Below are positions 12,880 to 25,725 of a stretch of 64,000 nucleotides of DNA, piece by piece. Position 1 is the first letter of the stretch; the number at the start of each line of letters is the position of its first letter. The DNA is taken from assembly GCA_965226885.1 (NCBI GenBank), contig CBDDEL010000016.1, positions 416,001 through 480,000 of the forward strand. The letters are read 5' to 3'. The position numbers and the translations under genes are program-made. The DNA comes from Opitutales bacterium. GTDB taxonomy: Bacteria > Verrucomicrobiota > Verrucomicrobiia > Opitutales > UBA2987. The notes under the pieces are model-generated. The model saw only the letters and a list, made by a program, of their open reading frames with translations. It had not been told where the DNA came from and did not search any database.

Positions 12880-13681
12880 GGTAGTGTATAAAAAAAGAAT
12901 GTTATTTGGTATTTTTAGCTGTACAAATAGCGTTAGGCAGTTTATTCTTAGTGCATGGTTACTAAAATTATTAATTGTCGGCACTGTGGAAGTGAAAATA
13001 TCATTAAATTTGGCAAGACGCCCAACCATAAACAGCGCTACCGCTGCCATGATTGTGGTAAACAAAGCCGCGAAAACCCCACAGTGAAATACACCGAAGA
13101 GCAAAAAGAAATGATCCTTCGAGTCTATCAGGAACGCAGCAGTCTACGCGGTTTACAGCGCGCCTTCGGGGTGAGTCCCAACACCGTTTTGAGTTGGTTA
13201 AAAAAAACGACAATCGCTGCGACCGCTCAAAAGCACGATTCTTGCGGCCCGCCGCCATGATGTCATTGAACTGGACGAACTGTGGTCTTTTGTGGGGCGC
13301 AAGAGCGATGCCCAATGGGTTTGGATCGCTCTTTGCCGACGCACCCGTCAAATCCTCTCCTATGCCATTGGGCCTCGGGATTGGTATCGTTGCCGGGAAC
13401 TTTACGAGCGTCTGCCACGGGCCTACAAAAGATGTGCCACCTACAGCGACTTTTGGAGCACTTATGATGAAGTCTTTCCTCATAACCGATCCGTGGGAAA
13501 AGAAACCGGTGAAACGGCCCATGTGGAACGATGGAACAATACCCTGCGCCAACGACTGGGTCGTTTCACACGCAAAACCCTCTCCTTTTCCAAGCTTAAG
13601 AGTATGCATGAAACCTGTCTGAGACTTTTCATTCATCAATATAATCAAGAATTAGCCACCATTCTTACTTAATACACTACC
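12880..13681 (+). mobile_element. IS1-family element A, copy 2
   Basis: GGTAGTGTAT/ATACACTACC ends, 8-bp TSD CAAGATCG; near-identical to 11382-12183. Confidence 0.93.
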
Positions 13682-14191
13682 CAAGATCGATGCCAGCAAG
13701 CATGCCGGGGCCATCCTCAAATTGCTGGTTAAACGGATTCGCCAAAGCTGGCCCCGTACGCGGATTATTTGGCGCGCCGACAGTGGATTTTGTCGAGACC
13801 GGATACTCTCTTGGTGCGACCGCAACGAAGTTAGTTACATCGTGGGGATGGCTCGCAATGCACGCTTGCAGCAAGACGCCCAGCAGTTGCAAAAGCAGGC
13901 CAAAGAATGGTTCGAACTAAGGGGTAAAAAACAACGGTTATTCCAGGACTTCGTCTATGCTGCCGATTCGTGGCGATGGCTGCGGTTGGTCATCCATAAA
14001 GCCGAACACACCGCACAGGGGTCCAACCCGCGCTTCGTGGTGACGAACCTGCCGGGCGATCCCCAGGAGCTTTACGACAAGGTATACTGTGGCCGCGGTG
14101 AAATGGAGAACCGAATCAAGGAACAGATGCAATTGTTCAGCGAGCGCACCAGCGCCCATCAATGGTGGGCCAATCAGTGGCGATTGCTCTT

Positions 14192-15524
14192 TGAAATGGA
14201 CGGGGAAAACTGGACAGTGGAATAAGGTGGTCTTGAACCACTAAATCCGCTAACCTATGAATGTTATTAAATCACGAAAGAGAAGACAATACAGTGCTGA
14301 GTTTAAAGCCCGAGTGGCCCTGGAAGCCATCAGGGGCGCTCATACCATCAACGAGATCGCCGGTCGTTTTGAGGTGCATCCCAACCAGGTGACCCAATGG
14401 AAGAAGCAGCTTTTGCAGGGAGCAACGGAGCTGTTTTCGCGCCAGCGGCAGACTCTCAGCAAGGACAACGAGACGGAAAAAGATCACCTTTACCAGGAGA
14501 TTGGAAAGCTGAAAGTAGAATGCGATTGGCTAAAAAAAAAGTCTGAACAATTCGGTTGGTGAGAGGCGCAAGATGGTGCAACCACTTCAAGGAAAAATCA
14601 GTATCGGCAGGCAATGTCAGTTGCTGGGGCTGGCCCGCGGCAGCTATTACTATCGGGCCCGTGCCCAGTGCGAGCAGAACGTTCTCTACATGCATCGCAT
14701 GGATGAGCTCTACACCCAATATCCGTTTTTTGGTTCTCGCCGGATGACCCAGTGGCTGCGTCGAGAGGGCCATGCAGTGGGACGAGGCCGCATCCAGCGG
14801 CTCATGCGCCAAATGGGCCTGGAGGCTATTTATCCGCGTCGAAACTTGAGCCAGGGGCACCGGCAGCACCGCATTTTCCCTTATCTGCTGCGGGGTTTGG
14901 CGGTCGAGCGGCCCGACCAGGTATGGTGCAGCGACATCACTTACCTGCGGCTGAGCCGAGGATTCCTTCTCTTGACCGTGGTGTTGGACTGGTTCAGCCG
15001 CTACGTGTTGAGCTGGCAGCTTTCCAACACCCTGGAGAGCCGCTTCTGTGTGCTCGCCCTGGAGGAAGCTCTGAGGCGGGCCCAACCTCAGATCTTCAAC
15101 ACCGATCAAGGCAGCCAGTTTACCGGCAGCGAGTTCACCTCGGTGCTGGGGCAAGCCGGGGTGCGCATCAGCATGGACGGGCGTGGCCGCTACCTGGACA
15201 ACATATTTGTTGAACGCTTTTGGAGAACCCTCAAGTATGAAGACATTTACCTGCGCGAATACGCCACGGCAAAGGAAGCCAGCGAAGGGATAGCCCGCTA
15301 CCTGGACTTCTACAACCACCTGCGCCCCCACCAAGCCCTGGGCTACCGGACCCCGGCCGAAGTCCATGCAATCGGAGCAAAACCAACCTCCCCGCCAATA
15401 CAGCTTGCGGGCACCTGCGTGCCCGTCTTTGGCTAAGGACAAAATATATTTTTAAAAAATAATATGAACACGATTTCCACCTTAATCCCACGTCAAAATT
15501 GTCCAAACAACCCCGTCCACTTCA
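14192..15524 (+). mobile_element. IS3-family element A, copy 1 (orfA 14257-14562, orfB 14573-15436)
   Basis: TG..CA ends (TGAAATGGACGGGG / CCCCGTCCACTTCA), 3-bp TSD CTT, A-run frameshift site, WCSDITY/NTDQGSQF/DNIFVERFW DDE motifs. Confidence 0.95.
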
Positions 15525-15872
15525 CTTGTCGGCGCTGGCCTACACCTTGATGGAAGCCATGCGCCGGTTAGCCTTAAAAGGGACGAAGTGGGCGCGGGCC
15601 CAATGCCACACCCTGCGGCTCAAATTAATCAAGATCGGAGCGGTCATCGTGCGCAACACCCGAACGATTCACTTTCACCTAAGTGAGAGTTATCCTTGGG
15701 CCAGTCTTTTCAACCATGCGGCCCGCCGATTGGTGCCAACCTAAAGGGTGCATTGGTGCTGCCCCCGGCACTACCGAACCAATGGGGGAAAGGGGGCAGT
15801 GTCTCTACACCCTGAAAAACACCTAAAAATCAAGACGATCTGCTCAAAATACAAAGAAATCCATCTCCAATA

Positions 15873-18396
15873 TGTAAACGCCGGGATGAAACCGGTACGG
15901 GGGTCGGGGTAAAACCGGTACGCTTGGAATAAGGTTTAGGTTAGTAATTGCAGGTACGTCAAGGTTTAGGGTTTGGGAGTTGGTTTTGGGGATTGGCTTG
16001 GGGTCGGTGAGGAGGCCGGAGGCCGACGAGCCGGGCCCAAGGCGTTTATTGTTTTGTGCCACGGCGACGGCGTCGAGCATCGCGCAAGCGGTAGCTTTGC
16101 CCGTTGGCTTCGAGGATATGCACCCGATGGGTGAGTCGGTCCAGCAGAGCTCCGGTGAGCCGTTCGGAACCGAGCACTTCGATCCAGTTCTCAAAGGGCA
16201 GGTTGGTGGTGACGATGAGACTGGTGCGCTCGTAAGCGCGGCTGACCACGTCGAAGAGCAGTTCGGAACCGGTCTTGGAAAAAGGGACGTAACCGAGTTC
16301 GTCGAGGATGAGTAGGTCGAGCCTTTCGAGTTGCTTCATGAAGCGCTGCAGGTCGTGGTTGTCGCGTTGCTCGAGCATATGGGTAACCAGGGCGGTGACC
16401 CCGAAGAAACGGATCCGCCGGCCCTGGGCACAGGCGGCAAAGCCCAGGGCGGTGGCCAGGTGCGTTTTACCGGTACCGGCGTTACCGAGGAGCAGCACGT
16501 TTTCGCGCTGGTCGACATACTCCCCGCGCATGAGCTCTCGGATGAGCGCTTCGTTGATCGAGGGCTGCGCTTCAAAGGCGAAGCTCTCGAGGGTCTTGAG
16601 CACGGGGAAACGGGCGTTTTTGATCCGCCGCTGGGCGGCCCGCTGTTCGCGTTCAATGAGCTCCCGTTCGACCAGATGCAACAAAAAGGCGGCGTAATCG
16701 AGCCGGTCCCGGGAACAAGCCGCGGCCACCGCCGGCCATTCGCGCAGGATGGTGGGCAACTTCAGTTTCTTGAGGTGATGGTGTAACAGCAGCTGGTTTT
16801 TTTCTTCCTTCATAAAGCCCCTCCTGGAATCTTGAGCAGTTCGCTGTAGGCACCGAGGTCAGGGGCGGCCACACGGACGTGACGCAGGTGTGGATGGCCG
16901 TCCAGCCGGAAGGTTCTGCTCCCGTAGTCTTCCTGAGGATAGAGATACTGGGCGATGGCCTCACGAGTCAGTCCCCCCACCCGCAGGGCCGAGACGACGG
17001 CCTGCTGCAAGGCCGCCATGGGGTGTTTCTCCAACAGCCGCAGCACCCGGATATACTCCCGGGTGCCTTCGCCCCCGCATTGGCTTTCGAGCCGGCGTCT
17101 GAGGACCTGCAGGCACTGCGGCAACTGCCAGCCCGAGAGTGGGCGGGCGAAGTCCAAAGCGCCCGGTTTTTTCTCCAGCAAAGCCAGGTAGTGCACCGGC
17201 TCGAAAGAGACTTGCTCTTTATCCCAAATGCGGCGGTGCCGGGCCACCTCTTGGCCCCCACAGAAGATCACCACCTGCCGACAGGACCCTTCCACCACCA
17301 CCGGATGGTGGGCGCAGCGCACCGGCACCGAATAGTCGTTGCACTCGAAGCGCACCAGCGAGAGGCTGCTGACGCAGGTCGAGCGTTTGCGGCTCGCTTC
17401 AAAGGGTATGGGCGGCAACGCCAGCATGACGGCGCGCTCCTCGGCCAGCAGTTCCTTTTTCACCGCCCTTTTCCCGCGTAATTTACGCTCCATGTCCCGC
17501 TCACATGCCTCCAACAGCTTTGCGTTGAGTTCCTCCAGGTCCCGAACCTGCGGTACCGGTACCAGGAAGTTGGCCCGGGCATAACGCACGATCCCCTCGA
17601 CCACGCCCTTCTCGTTGGGCCGGGCGGGCAGACAGAAGTGTTCCTCGAACAGGTAATGGCTCTGTAGCTGCAGAAACCCGTCGGTCAGCTTGCGTTCACG
17701 CGAACCGATAATCTTACCCACCGCCACCTTCGAGTTGTCATAGCTGATGCGCCGGGGCACCGCCCCGAAAAACTCAAAAGCTCGCAGGGGCCCCTCCCAG
17801 AAGCTCTCCGTGCACTCCCGTTCGAACACCTGCACGAAAAAGGCATCGCTGTAGGGCAGGCTCATGGCAAAAAATGGCCGCCTACGCAATTGCCCCGCCT
17901 CCTTCACCAGGGCATGACCGAAGTCCACCTGTCCCTCCCCGGGGCGGTGCTCCAGCGGCACGAACACTTCCCGCCGCCTCGCTCGCAGCTCGGCCACCAC
18001 CTCCTTGACCGCCGTGTAGCCCCCTTGGTAGCCCTTCTCCCGACCCAAACGCTGGTAGATCCGTTTGGCCGTATGGCGCTGCTTCTTGGGCACGTTCCGG
18101 TCCGCTTTGAGCACCTCCTCGATCCAGCCCACATACGGATCGATCTTGCGCTCTCGCCTCTTCTTGCGCCGGTATCCCGGCGGCTGGGAATAGGCCAGCG
18201 GCCAGCATCTTTCCCAGGGTCTCCCAGTGCAGTCCCTCTTCTCGCATTACAGAGCGCTTGCTCTGCTTGTCCCGCAGCACTTTGTGCCGCACTCTTGTCC
18301 ATTGCTTCATATCTCGATACACTCCTCCTTTCTAGGATAAGCGTACCGGTTTTAAAGCGCCCTCTTTACCGTACCGGTTTTTCCCCGGCGTTTACA
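15873..18396 (-). mobile_element. IS21-family element, copy 1 (istB 16046-16813 intact; istA 16810-18322 frameshifted)
   Basis: TGTAAACGCCGGG/CCGGCGTTTACA ends, 7-bp TSD TCCAATA; IstB Walker A GNAGTGKT and LILDELGY; istA broken by 7-bp duplication at 18193-18206. Confidence 0.93.
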
Positions 18397-19492
18397 TCCA
18401 ATAGCAATAACGAGCCAAACTTTACCCTTCATGAAATATCCGGGCTAGGGGGACGTCTGTCAAGATGTACTATGTCAACGTGGGTCTTCTGGAGGAGCAC
18501 GGCATGGGGCCGCCCCCGAAAATATGGGATCATGCCACGTTTGAAAAAATAGGAAAGGAATTCGTGCGCCGGGCCAATCCGCGGGGGGAAAGGCAAACCA
18601 TTTTTTTCGCCGATAAGGTCAACCGCCAGGTGATGCGCCGGAGCATGGGGTTGTCGTTGTTCAATGAAACCCTCACCCGATGCATTTTGGACGATCCGCG
18701 AAGCGTCGAGACCTACCGCTTGATTTACAAGTGGATGTTCGAGGATCGCATTCTGCCGAGCCAGGCGGACCTCGATTTTTTTGCCGGTTCCGATACCGTA
18801 ACCTCCAGAATCCAACTTTTTGCCCGGGGGCGCTACGCCCTCACCACCAACGGCCGTTACGCACTCATCCAGTTGCGGGAATACAGACAATTGCGCTTGA
18901 CGCTGCGGGAACCGCCCAACAACCACTTCCGCAACACCCTTTTCGGTTCGGCCGGTACGGCCATTTACGCCGGTTCCGATAAGAAAGAACTGGCCGCCTA
19001 CCTGCTGAAGTTTTTTACCAGCGAGCGTTACAATATGCAAATTGTTTATGATGCCGATTCGCTTCCACCGGTTCCACGTTACACTGAAATCGAGGCCTAT
19101 CGGCGGCCCCCCGATTATCCCAACGAATGGGAGATTCATGAGCCTTATGCTGAGGCTGCCCGCTCTATCGCCATCAGTGCCATAGTGAGTCCTTTTATTC
19201 TTCCCTACGCAGCCAATCGACTTGCCAAAGACACCTCGCAGAGCCTCATCTCAGGTTCGATGAGCCCGCAGGAAGCGGCCCAGGATTTGACCGAGCGCAC
19301 CAACCGGCAAATGGCCCGGAATATCAGCGAGGATCCGAAACTAAAGATAGAATTCGACCGCCTACAGCAGCTACAGGGGGAGATTGACCGCTTGCGCAAG
19401 GAAGGGAAGCCGGTCCCCCTTGAATGGATCGGGAATTCTTTCTACAAAAAATATTACGTGTTCCGGGGATGGTCGGAAGAATCTCCATCCAG

Positions 19493-19706
19493 GGATGTGA
19501 CCGCCAAAAACACGACCATTGCAAATTAGAGTTTTCTGGGGTTTTCAATTTCTCAATTTCGCGGAAATACACGGAAAGGAGGCGGTCATTGGTTCGGCGG
19601 GCCAGCCTCCAGACATTTTGCCCCCCTCTACCCTTTGCAAAACCTACAATACCAAAACTACGGAAATACTCTCACTTAAAGTGGTAGCAAAGATGGGGTC
19701 CGATCA
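19493..19706 (+). mobile_element. Miniature/internally deleted derivative of the IS407-group element
   Basis: First ~50 bp match the left end and last ~70 bp match the right end of the full element at 43194-44478; no transposase. Confidence 0.7.
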
Positions 19707-20021
19707 CACCACCAACCCATCCAGCCGTTCCTGATATTTCAGTGCGAATGAAATCGCCATATGGCCTCCCATCGACATTCCCACAAGCACACATCGCTCA
19801 ATATTCAATCTGTCCAGCAAAGTACGGCAATCTTCAACCAGATCGTCCAGGTTGTGCTGCGTGTCCGGCTCGGCCCACGTCCGGTTGTTGTAGGCAATGA
19901 CACGGTATTTCCGCGCCAGATAAGCCATCTGTGGCTCAAACATCGAATAATCCATCATCGACCCGTGACTAAACACCACCACTGGTCCCGAACCCCTTTC
20001 GATATATAAATCCTGAGTCAT
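19707..20021 (-). pseudogene. Alpha/beta hydrolase, 3'-truncated
   Basis: VVFSHG, LVGMSMGG nucleophile elbow; ends abruptly at the IS-derived element. Confidence 0.85.
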
Positions 20022-20086
20022 TTTTCTAGGGTAGATTAATGGTGGATAGGCCAGATCATTCTCAGCAGTTTTCCTGTCACCGGAAG

Positions 20087-20263
20087 TGATCGGGCCCCAT
20101 CTTTGCTACCATTTTAAGTGAGAGTATTTCCGTAGGTTTTGCAGCGGGTGGCGGAGTGAGGCCGTAGGCCGAATGGAGCCAGCCGCTGCTTTGTTGATTG
20201 TTTGCCAGAGTCTGGCAAATGTAAATGTATTGGGTGAGTGAAGGCCTAATAGGCTGTGGGGGT
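20087..20263 (-). mobile_element. Degenerate right-end remnant of IS407-group element
   Basis: Reverse complement matches ~44295-44478 (TGATCGG.CCCCATCTTTGCTACCA..) with substitutions and small indels. Confidence 0.8.
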
Positions 20264-20331
20264 TGGTCCTCCCAATGTAATGTACTTTTATAATTTAAAT
20301 ATAATTATGTTACCCGTTATTCAATTTAGTT

Positions 20332-23300
20332 TCAGGATTCTCGGGGCCAAGGGATCCAGCCATCATTCGTCGACCAGGCCAATGAGGGAATCTGCTGATC
20401 GACATACAGAAATGCGCCACTTGTCCAATCGAAGAGCCAGAAGCCAGCCGTTGGGGCCGCTTCCAAATAAAGAAACAGCCAGCCGGAACCTGGACTCCAT
20501 ACCCAGGGCCAGGACTCTAGATCTACGAATATCCAGGATAACCGTTCACTAAAATACCATCCAAAATCCCCATATGTTGAATCTTCGAGGGCTTCCAGAA
20601 CACGGGCATCCGCAGCCGTCGCCTTTACTGGATACCCCGCCTCCAAGGAAATCCAGGCCCATGCAAATGGAACATCAACCATCTCGCCATTTACCTCGAA
20701 TTTTAATTCCCAAACCCCTTCACCCGATGAATATAATTTAAAAAGGGGAGCCTCGCCTCCAGCGGTTGCGCCGGAAGTAATCTGCAACACGCCGTCCGGC
20801 CCGCTTTCCGATGCCGCCGTGAACCGATAGGATCCGCTGCCCGTCTTTTCCCAGAGGGAGCCTTGGCTGGTAGAATCGGCGGGGTCAACCCAACCTGATC
20901 GAACTTCGGAGGCATCTACTGGAACGAAGACAAAGGCGAAAGGGACTCTGCCGGTAGGCGTTTGGCCTCCCTCATGGATGGTCACTTCCCAGCCATTTTC
21001 AACAGGTTGAACGGTCATTCGGGTATTTTGTTCAGATGACTGGCCGAGCAGCGTCAATGGGTTCCAGGCTCCTGGAGGAGTTATACCAAATCTCATTAGG
21101 TATGATAATAAGTTATTTGGCAGAAGCGTTTGCTTGAATGTGCTGCCAGCCTCCGCCAACTAAAGAGAGGACTTTTTCAGTGTCCTCCCACCAGTCTTTG
21201 AGATGGGTTGCGACGACTTCTTCGAGTCGCTCAATGCTCGGCCACAGTTTGTTGGCCGTTTGATCCTGTATCATATCCCAAAGTCTTTCAATCGGGTTGA
21301 GTTCAGGACTATACGGCGGCAAATTCACGATATGTATGCCCGGGGGGACGTTGGGGTGCTCCGAGTCGTGCGGATGGAAGCCTGCCCCGTCCCATACAAC
21401 CACATGTTCCTCCTCAGGATATTGCTTTTTGATCTGTTGGAGGAAAGCCTCCGTCCACTGTAGATTCGTGCTAGGGGTTTGGATGCATACCATCTCGCCG
21501 TTGACCACGTCGAGGGCTCCGTAACAGTAGCTCCACTGGTATCTTGTCTGATATTTTTTGTGCGGCCGAAGCCCTCTTTGCGTCCAGCACCGGCGGTACA
21601 CCGGAAGCAAACCAAAACGGCTTTCATCGGCAAACCACACCCGAACCCGATTGCCTCGGGTGAGGGAAAGCTCCTGGAGGATCTTAAAAAAGTCTCGCTT
21701 GAACGCTTCCGCTTTTGCCGAGTCCCGTTTCTCATGCACGGGGCGAGGGACTCGAAGCACCCCGGCGCATTTTTTTAGCCATCGCCACACCGTCTTGTAG
21801 GCGAAGGAGCGCCCGAAATGTCGCTCCAGCTCTTGCCCCGCCTGAACGGCTGTGTTCCAGCGCGCGACCTTCAAACCATTGAGCAAGAAGGCCTCCACCT
21901 CTTTGTCGCAACGGCTTTTGATCCCGCCTTTGTAGGCGCGTGTAAGCACCGCCCCGAGCCCTGCAGCACGATATTTGTCAAACCAACGCTGGATCGTCGC
22001 TTTGCCTCGGCCCACGATGGCTCCAATTTCATCAATGCTGTGGTGCGGCTGGAAGCCCATTTTTAATGCCACCAAACGCTCTTTACGCCAGCCGACAGCC
22101 TCTTTGTTGAGCAATTTCTTGATACGTTCACGGTCTTCATCGGTTCCCATATATCTTCTCATTCCGCCTTTATAGCTGTTTTTTAATCTTTATCAATCCT
22201 TTTGCGATTTGGTATTAGACGATACCTCCCCCCTCCAAGACTGTTTACCGCGACTTCTTCGATAACATCTTCCTGTCCATAGAGGTATTGACCCGACTCG
22301 TTAATGTAGCCGCCTTTCCAATCATTGGCAAAAGGGAAGAACGTTGAATTCAGTTTCACGAACGATTCATCATCCGATAGAGGCAAGGGAGTATTGAGGA
22401 CGCTCATTCGTGTCGGCGCATAAGTGCTTCCGAAATAAAATCCCTCGATTTGGTTACTTAACTTCCATTGAATCGGGGGAGGCGCTACGCCAGGATGGGA
22501 GGAATCGGAGACCTGAGGCGTGGTCAGCAAAATACCTTCACTGTATTCCAGAGTCTGCGGCAAACGCAAATAGCGACTATGGGGATCGCGCTATGCGCCT
22601 GCTTGGTCCTGTATTCGATAAATGCTCGGTTCCGAGGTCCCGAATAATAATACTTCACCATTATTTTCCGAGCGCAAAGCAAAACCAGGATAGGAGTCCT
22701 GCTGAACCTCAATCGCAGTTACCGCGTCCAACCCCTCATTGAGGATGACTTCACCGGAAATCGTCTGGCAGAAAGCGCTGCGCCATAACCATTCGATATC
22801 CGAGATCGAGAGCGTCCGTGCATGGTAGGAAAATCCACTATATTCCATTCGGCATCTGTTGATACGGAGTCATCAGCGAAATCGCCAAGAGTAAAACTAC
22901 TGATTTCGGCAACTGGAAAATCGATGGGGGACAGGTCTTCACCGTCGAGGATCGGCGTCAATTTTCCTCCCTCATATTTGAGGGCGAGGTGATGCCATTG
23001 AGAAGGCTCCATCATCACCGTCAATCGGTTGGCGCTTTCCTCGAAACTTGACTGCGAATGGCTGGTATCCAGGGGAAGAAGCATTAACGGACTGGTGTCG
23101 GAAAAAACTGACAAGACTTCACCGAATTCTCCATCAATCCGCAGGATAGGAAGTGTTTCTTCTGCTGCGTTGGAACGAAACCAGATGAGCGCAGTCCAGG
23201 CATCTGTGGCTGTTTGACTGCTTTCATAATGGATGCGGCGGCCGGATTGAAACCGCCAGGCATCACCATCACTGTAGGCAAAGCCCTCTGCCTGCGCCAA

Positions 23301-24150
23301 TTCCCACATTGGGAATTGGCTGAGCAAGGGCCGATGCGCATCCTCTCCTTGTAGTCTGAAAACAGCCACCGGATTGAGCTCCTGCAAAGCTTCGCGGTAG
23401 TGGGTCTTTAGTGGCCGCGTGGAAAGAGAAAATGAAAAATCCAGATCCGGTCCCTTCAGAACTTCACCTAAAATTGGTGAAAAGCTTTTTACCCTAACCG
23501 AATCGCCAGCCGGATTGAACTCCATCAGGCGCATTCTGGCATTTCCATCTCCACTCCAGTGCTGAAAATTGATCAAATGCTGTTGCACAAAATGACGATC
23601 ATCGTTGATCGATACACGCTTTCCGTGCCCACTGCGACCGACATGACCATTGAGCACAAGTTTGACGTTGCTATGATGTCGAATCAATTTGTTCCACATC
23701 AACTGCCCGTCGTTAGCGCCCTCCGGGTCTCCATTCAGTGCACTGTAACCGATCGGGTTACCCCTTTGCCGGTCTTCCCTATCCTGAGAACCCAGTAATC
23801 CCCAGTCAAATCGGCTGCTATCTCGAAATAAATAAGCATGCGTGGTCAAAATGGCGTAATCATCGGGAAACCGGTTCAATACATCGTCAGCCCAGGCAAT
23901 CACATCATCCCGGGGACCCCACTCCAAGCAAATGATAAGCCAGGATCGCCCTTCGATTTCTATACGATGGACACTGTTTTCCCACTTGTCCGGCTCCATT
24001 GTTTCAATCAATGTCGGCTGGTTCGCATAGACGCTGCCGGTACCAAAGTACTCGGGATTCGAAAAGAGCGATGTCCGGCTGTTCTCAAGGCCGTCGTGAT
24101 TTCCCGTGGCAAGAGACATCGGTACCTTGTCCATTATTCCGTTGGCAGCG
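20332..24150 (-). pseudogene. Large secreted metallophosphoesterase/LamG-like protein with Trp-rich C-terminus, multiply disrupted
   Basis: GNHD, LTTHAY, VLNGH metallophosphoesterase motifs; QWHHLAL..GKL.PILDG LamG-like; frameshift ~22850, in-frame TAG 22591, IS630 insertion (rejoins as RYRLTPPGAWNP), 5' end lost at IS1380. Confidence 0.75.
21084..22215 (-). mobile_element. IS630-family element, transposase 21113-22162
   Basis: WFADESRFG, VVWDGAGFH, LPPYSPELNPIE; ends TACCAAATC/GATTTGGTA with (T)TA duplication. Confidence 0.92.
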
Positions 24151-24154
24151 CTAG

Positions 24155-25721
24155 CCCGGATATTTCATGAAGGGTAAAGTTTGGCTCGTTATTGCTATTG
24201 GAGATGGATTTCTTTGTATTTTGAGCAGATCGTCTTGATTTTTAGGTGTTTTTCAGGGTGTAGAGACACTGCCCCCTTTCCCCCATTGGTTCGGTAGTGC
24301 CGGGGGCAGCACCAATGCACCCTTTAGGTTGGCACCAATCGGCGGGCCGCATGGTTGAAAAGACTGGCCCAAGGATAACTCTCACTTAGGTGAAAGTGAA
24401 TCGTTCGGGTGTTGCGCACGATGACCGCTCCGATCTTGATTAATTTGAGCCGCAGGGTGTGGCATTGGGCCCGCGCCCACTTCGTCCCTTTTAAGGCTAA
24501 CCGGCGCATGGCTTCCATCAAGGTGTAGGCCAGCGCCGACAAGAGCAATCGCCACTGATTGGCCCACCATTGATGGGCGCTGGTGCGCTCGCTGAACAAT
24601 TGCATCTGTTCCTTGATTCGGTTCTCCATTTCACCGCGGCCACAGTATACCTTGTCGTAAAGCTCCTGGGGATCGCCCGGCAGGTTCGTCACCACGAAGC
24701 GCGGGTTGGACCCCTGTGCGGTGTGTTCGGCTTTATGGATGACCAACCGCAGCCATCGCCACGAATCGGCAGCATAGACGAAGTCCTGGAATAACCGTTG
24801 TTTTTTACCCCTTAGTTCGAACCATTCTTTGGCCTGCTTTTGCAACTGCTGGGCGTCTTGCTGCAAGCGTGCATTGCGAGCCATCCCCACGATGTAACTA
24901 ACTTCGTTGCGGTCGCACCAAGAGAGTATCCGGTCTCGACAAAATCCACTGTCGGCGCGCCAAATAATCCGCGTACGGGGCCAGCTTTGGCGAATCCGTT
25001 TAACCAGCAATTTGAGGATGGCCCCGGCATGCTTGCTGGCATCGATCTTGCTCGGCCGCAGGTAGGCCACCAGCAGCTGATCACCGCAAAAAACATATAG
25101 CGGCAGAAAACAGTAATGATCATAATAACCGTGGAAAAAACGTCCCTCCTGGAGCCCGTGCACCGGATTGTCGGTGGCGTCAAAGTCCAGGATGATCTCT
25201 TCGGGTTCCTCGGCAAAGGAGCCCATGAACTGTTCGACCAACAGCTCGTTTACCGCAAAGGCCGCCCGCCGATCCTGCCCGTTTTCAAAACGACACAAAG
25301 TCGGCGCGCTGGCCAACGTTTCAATGCGCCCCGTTACCGTTTGCAACAATGGATCGTGGCGCAGGGTATCAAAGTCGTTCAAATCCTCATAGCCCGCCAC
25401 CAGCCCGTAAACGCGCTGCCGCAGCATCCCCAATACCTCATGGCGTACTTTGCCCTTCTGCCGTTTGTCCACTAACTGTCGGGCCGCTCGTTCGGTCAAG
25501 CCCAACTGCCGATCCACTTCCCGGATCAAAAGCAGTCCGGCATCCGAAGTAACCTCTCCGCCCTTGAAATCAACCCGCACACGGCGGCCTTTTACCCTTG
25601 TCAACTGTAGCTTTAATTGTTTACCTTTTGTCATCGCTGATATTGCTTTAATTATTGATCTATCCTGCTGTATATCAGCAGTTAAGCATATCAACGATAC
25701 TTTTTTTACGAAATATCCGGG
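24155..25721 (-). mobile_element. IS1380 copy 3, intact transposase (24324-25634, 436 aa from MTKGKQ)
   Basis: F.GG.VTSDAG, ILDFDATD..HG.QEG..FHGYY..YC..PL, RADSGF, YCGRGEMENRIKE; both IRs. Confidence 0.95.
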
Positions 25722-25725
25722 CTAA

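Larger units (their letters stand above)
12201..18444 (+). mobile_element. IS1380 copy 2, interrupted by IS1, IS3 and IS21
   Basis: Both IRs present with CTAG TSD (12197-200, 18445-48); transposase fragments 12288-12879, 13690-14191, 15528-15744. Confidence 0.92.
10969..19529 (+). pseudogene. Sugar-type ABC transporter substrate-binding protein split by nested IS
   Basis: Pieces 10969-11381, 12192-12200 and 18449 onward; removing the IS elements and one TSD each gives in-frame ..GAQYSFPRGTSVKMYYVN..; N-terminal hydrophobic signal; 3' end runs into an IS407-derived element. Confidence 0.85.

Noticed and set aside
14456..15442. 328-aa antisense ORF repeated in IS3-A copies, and similar shadows in IS1, IS21, IS1380 and IS4
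   Set aside because: Opposite strand of transposases; repetition only reflects IS copy number.
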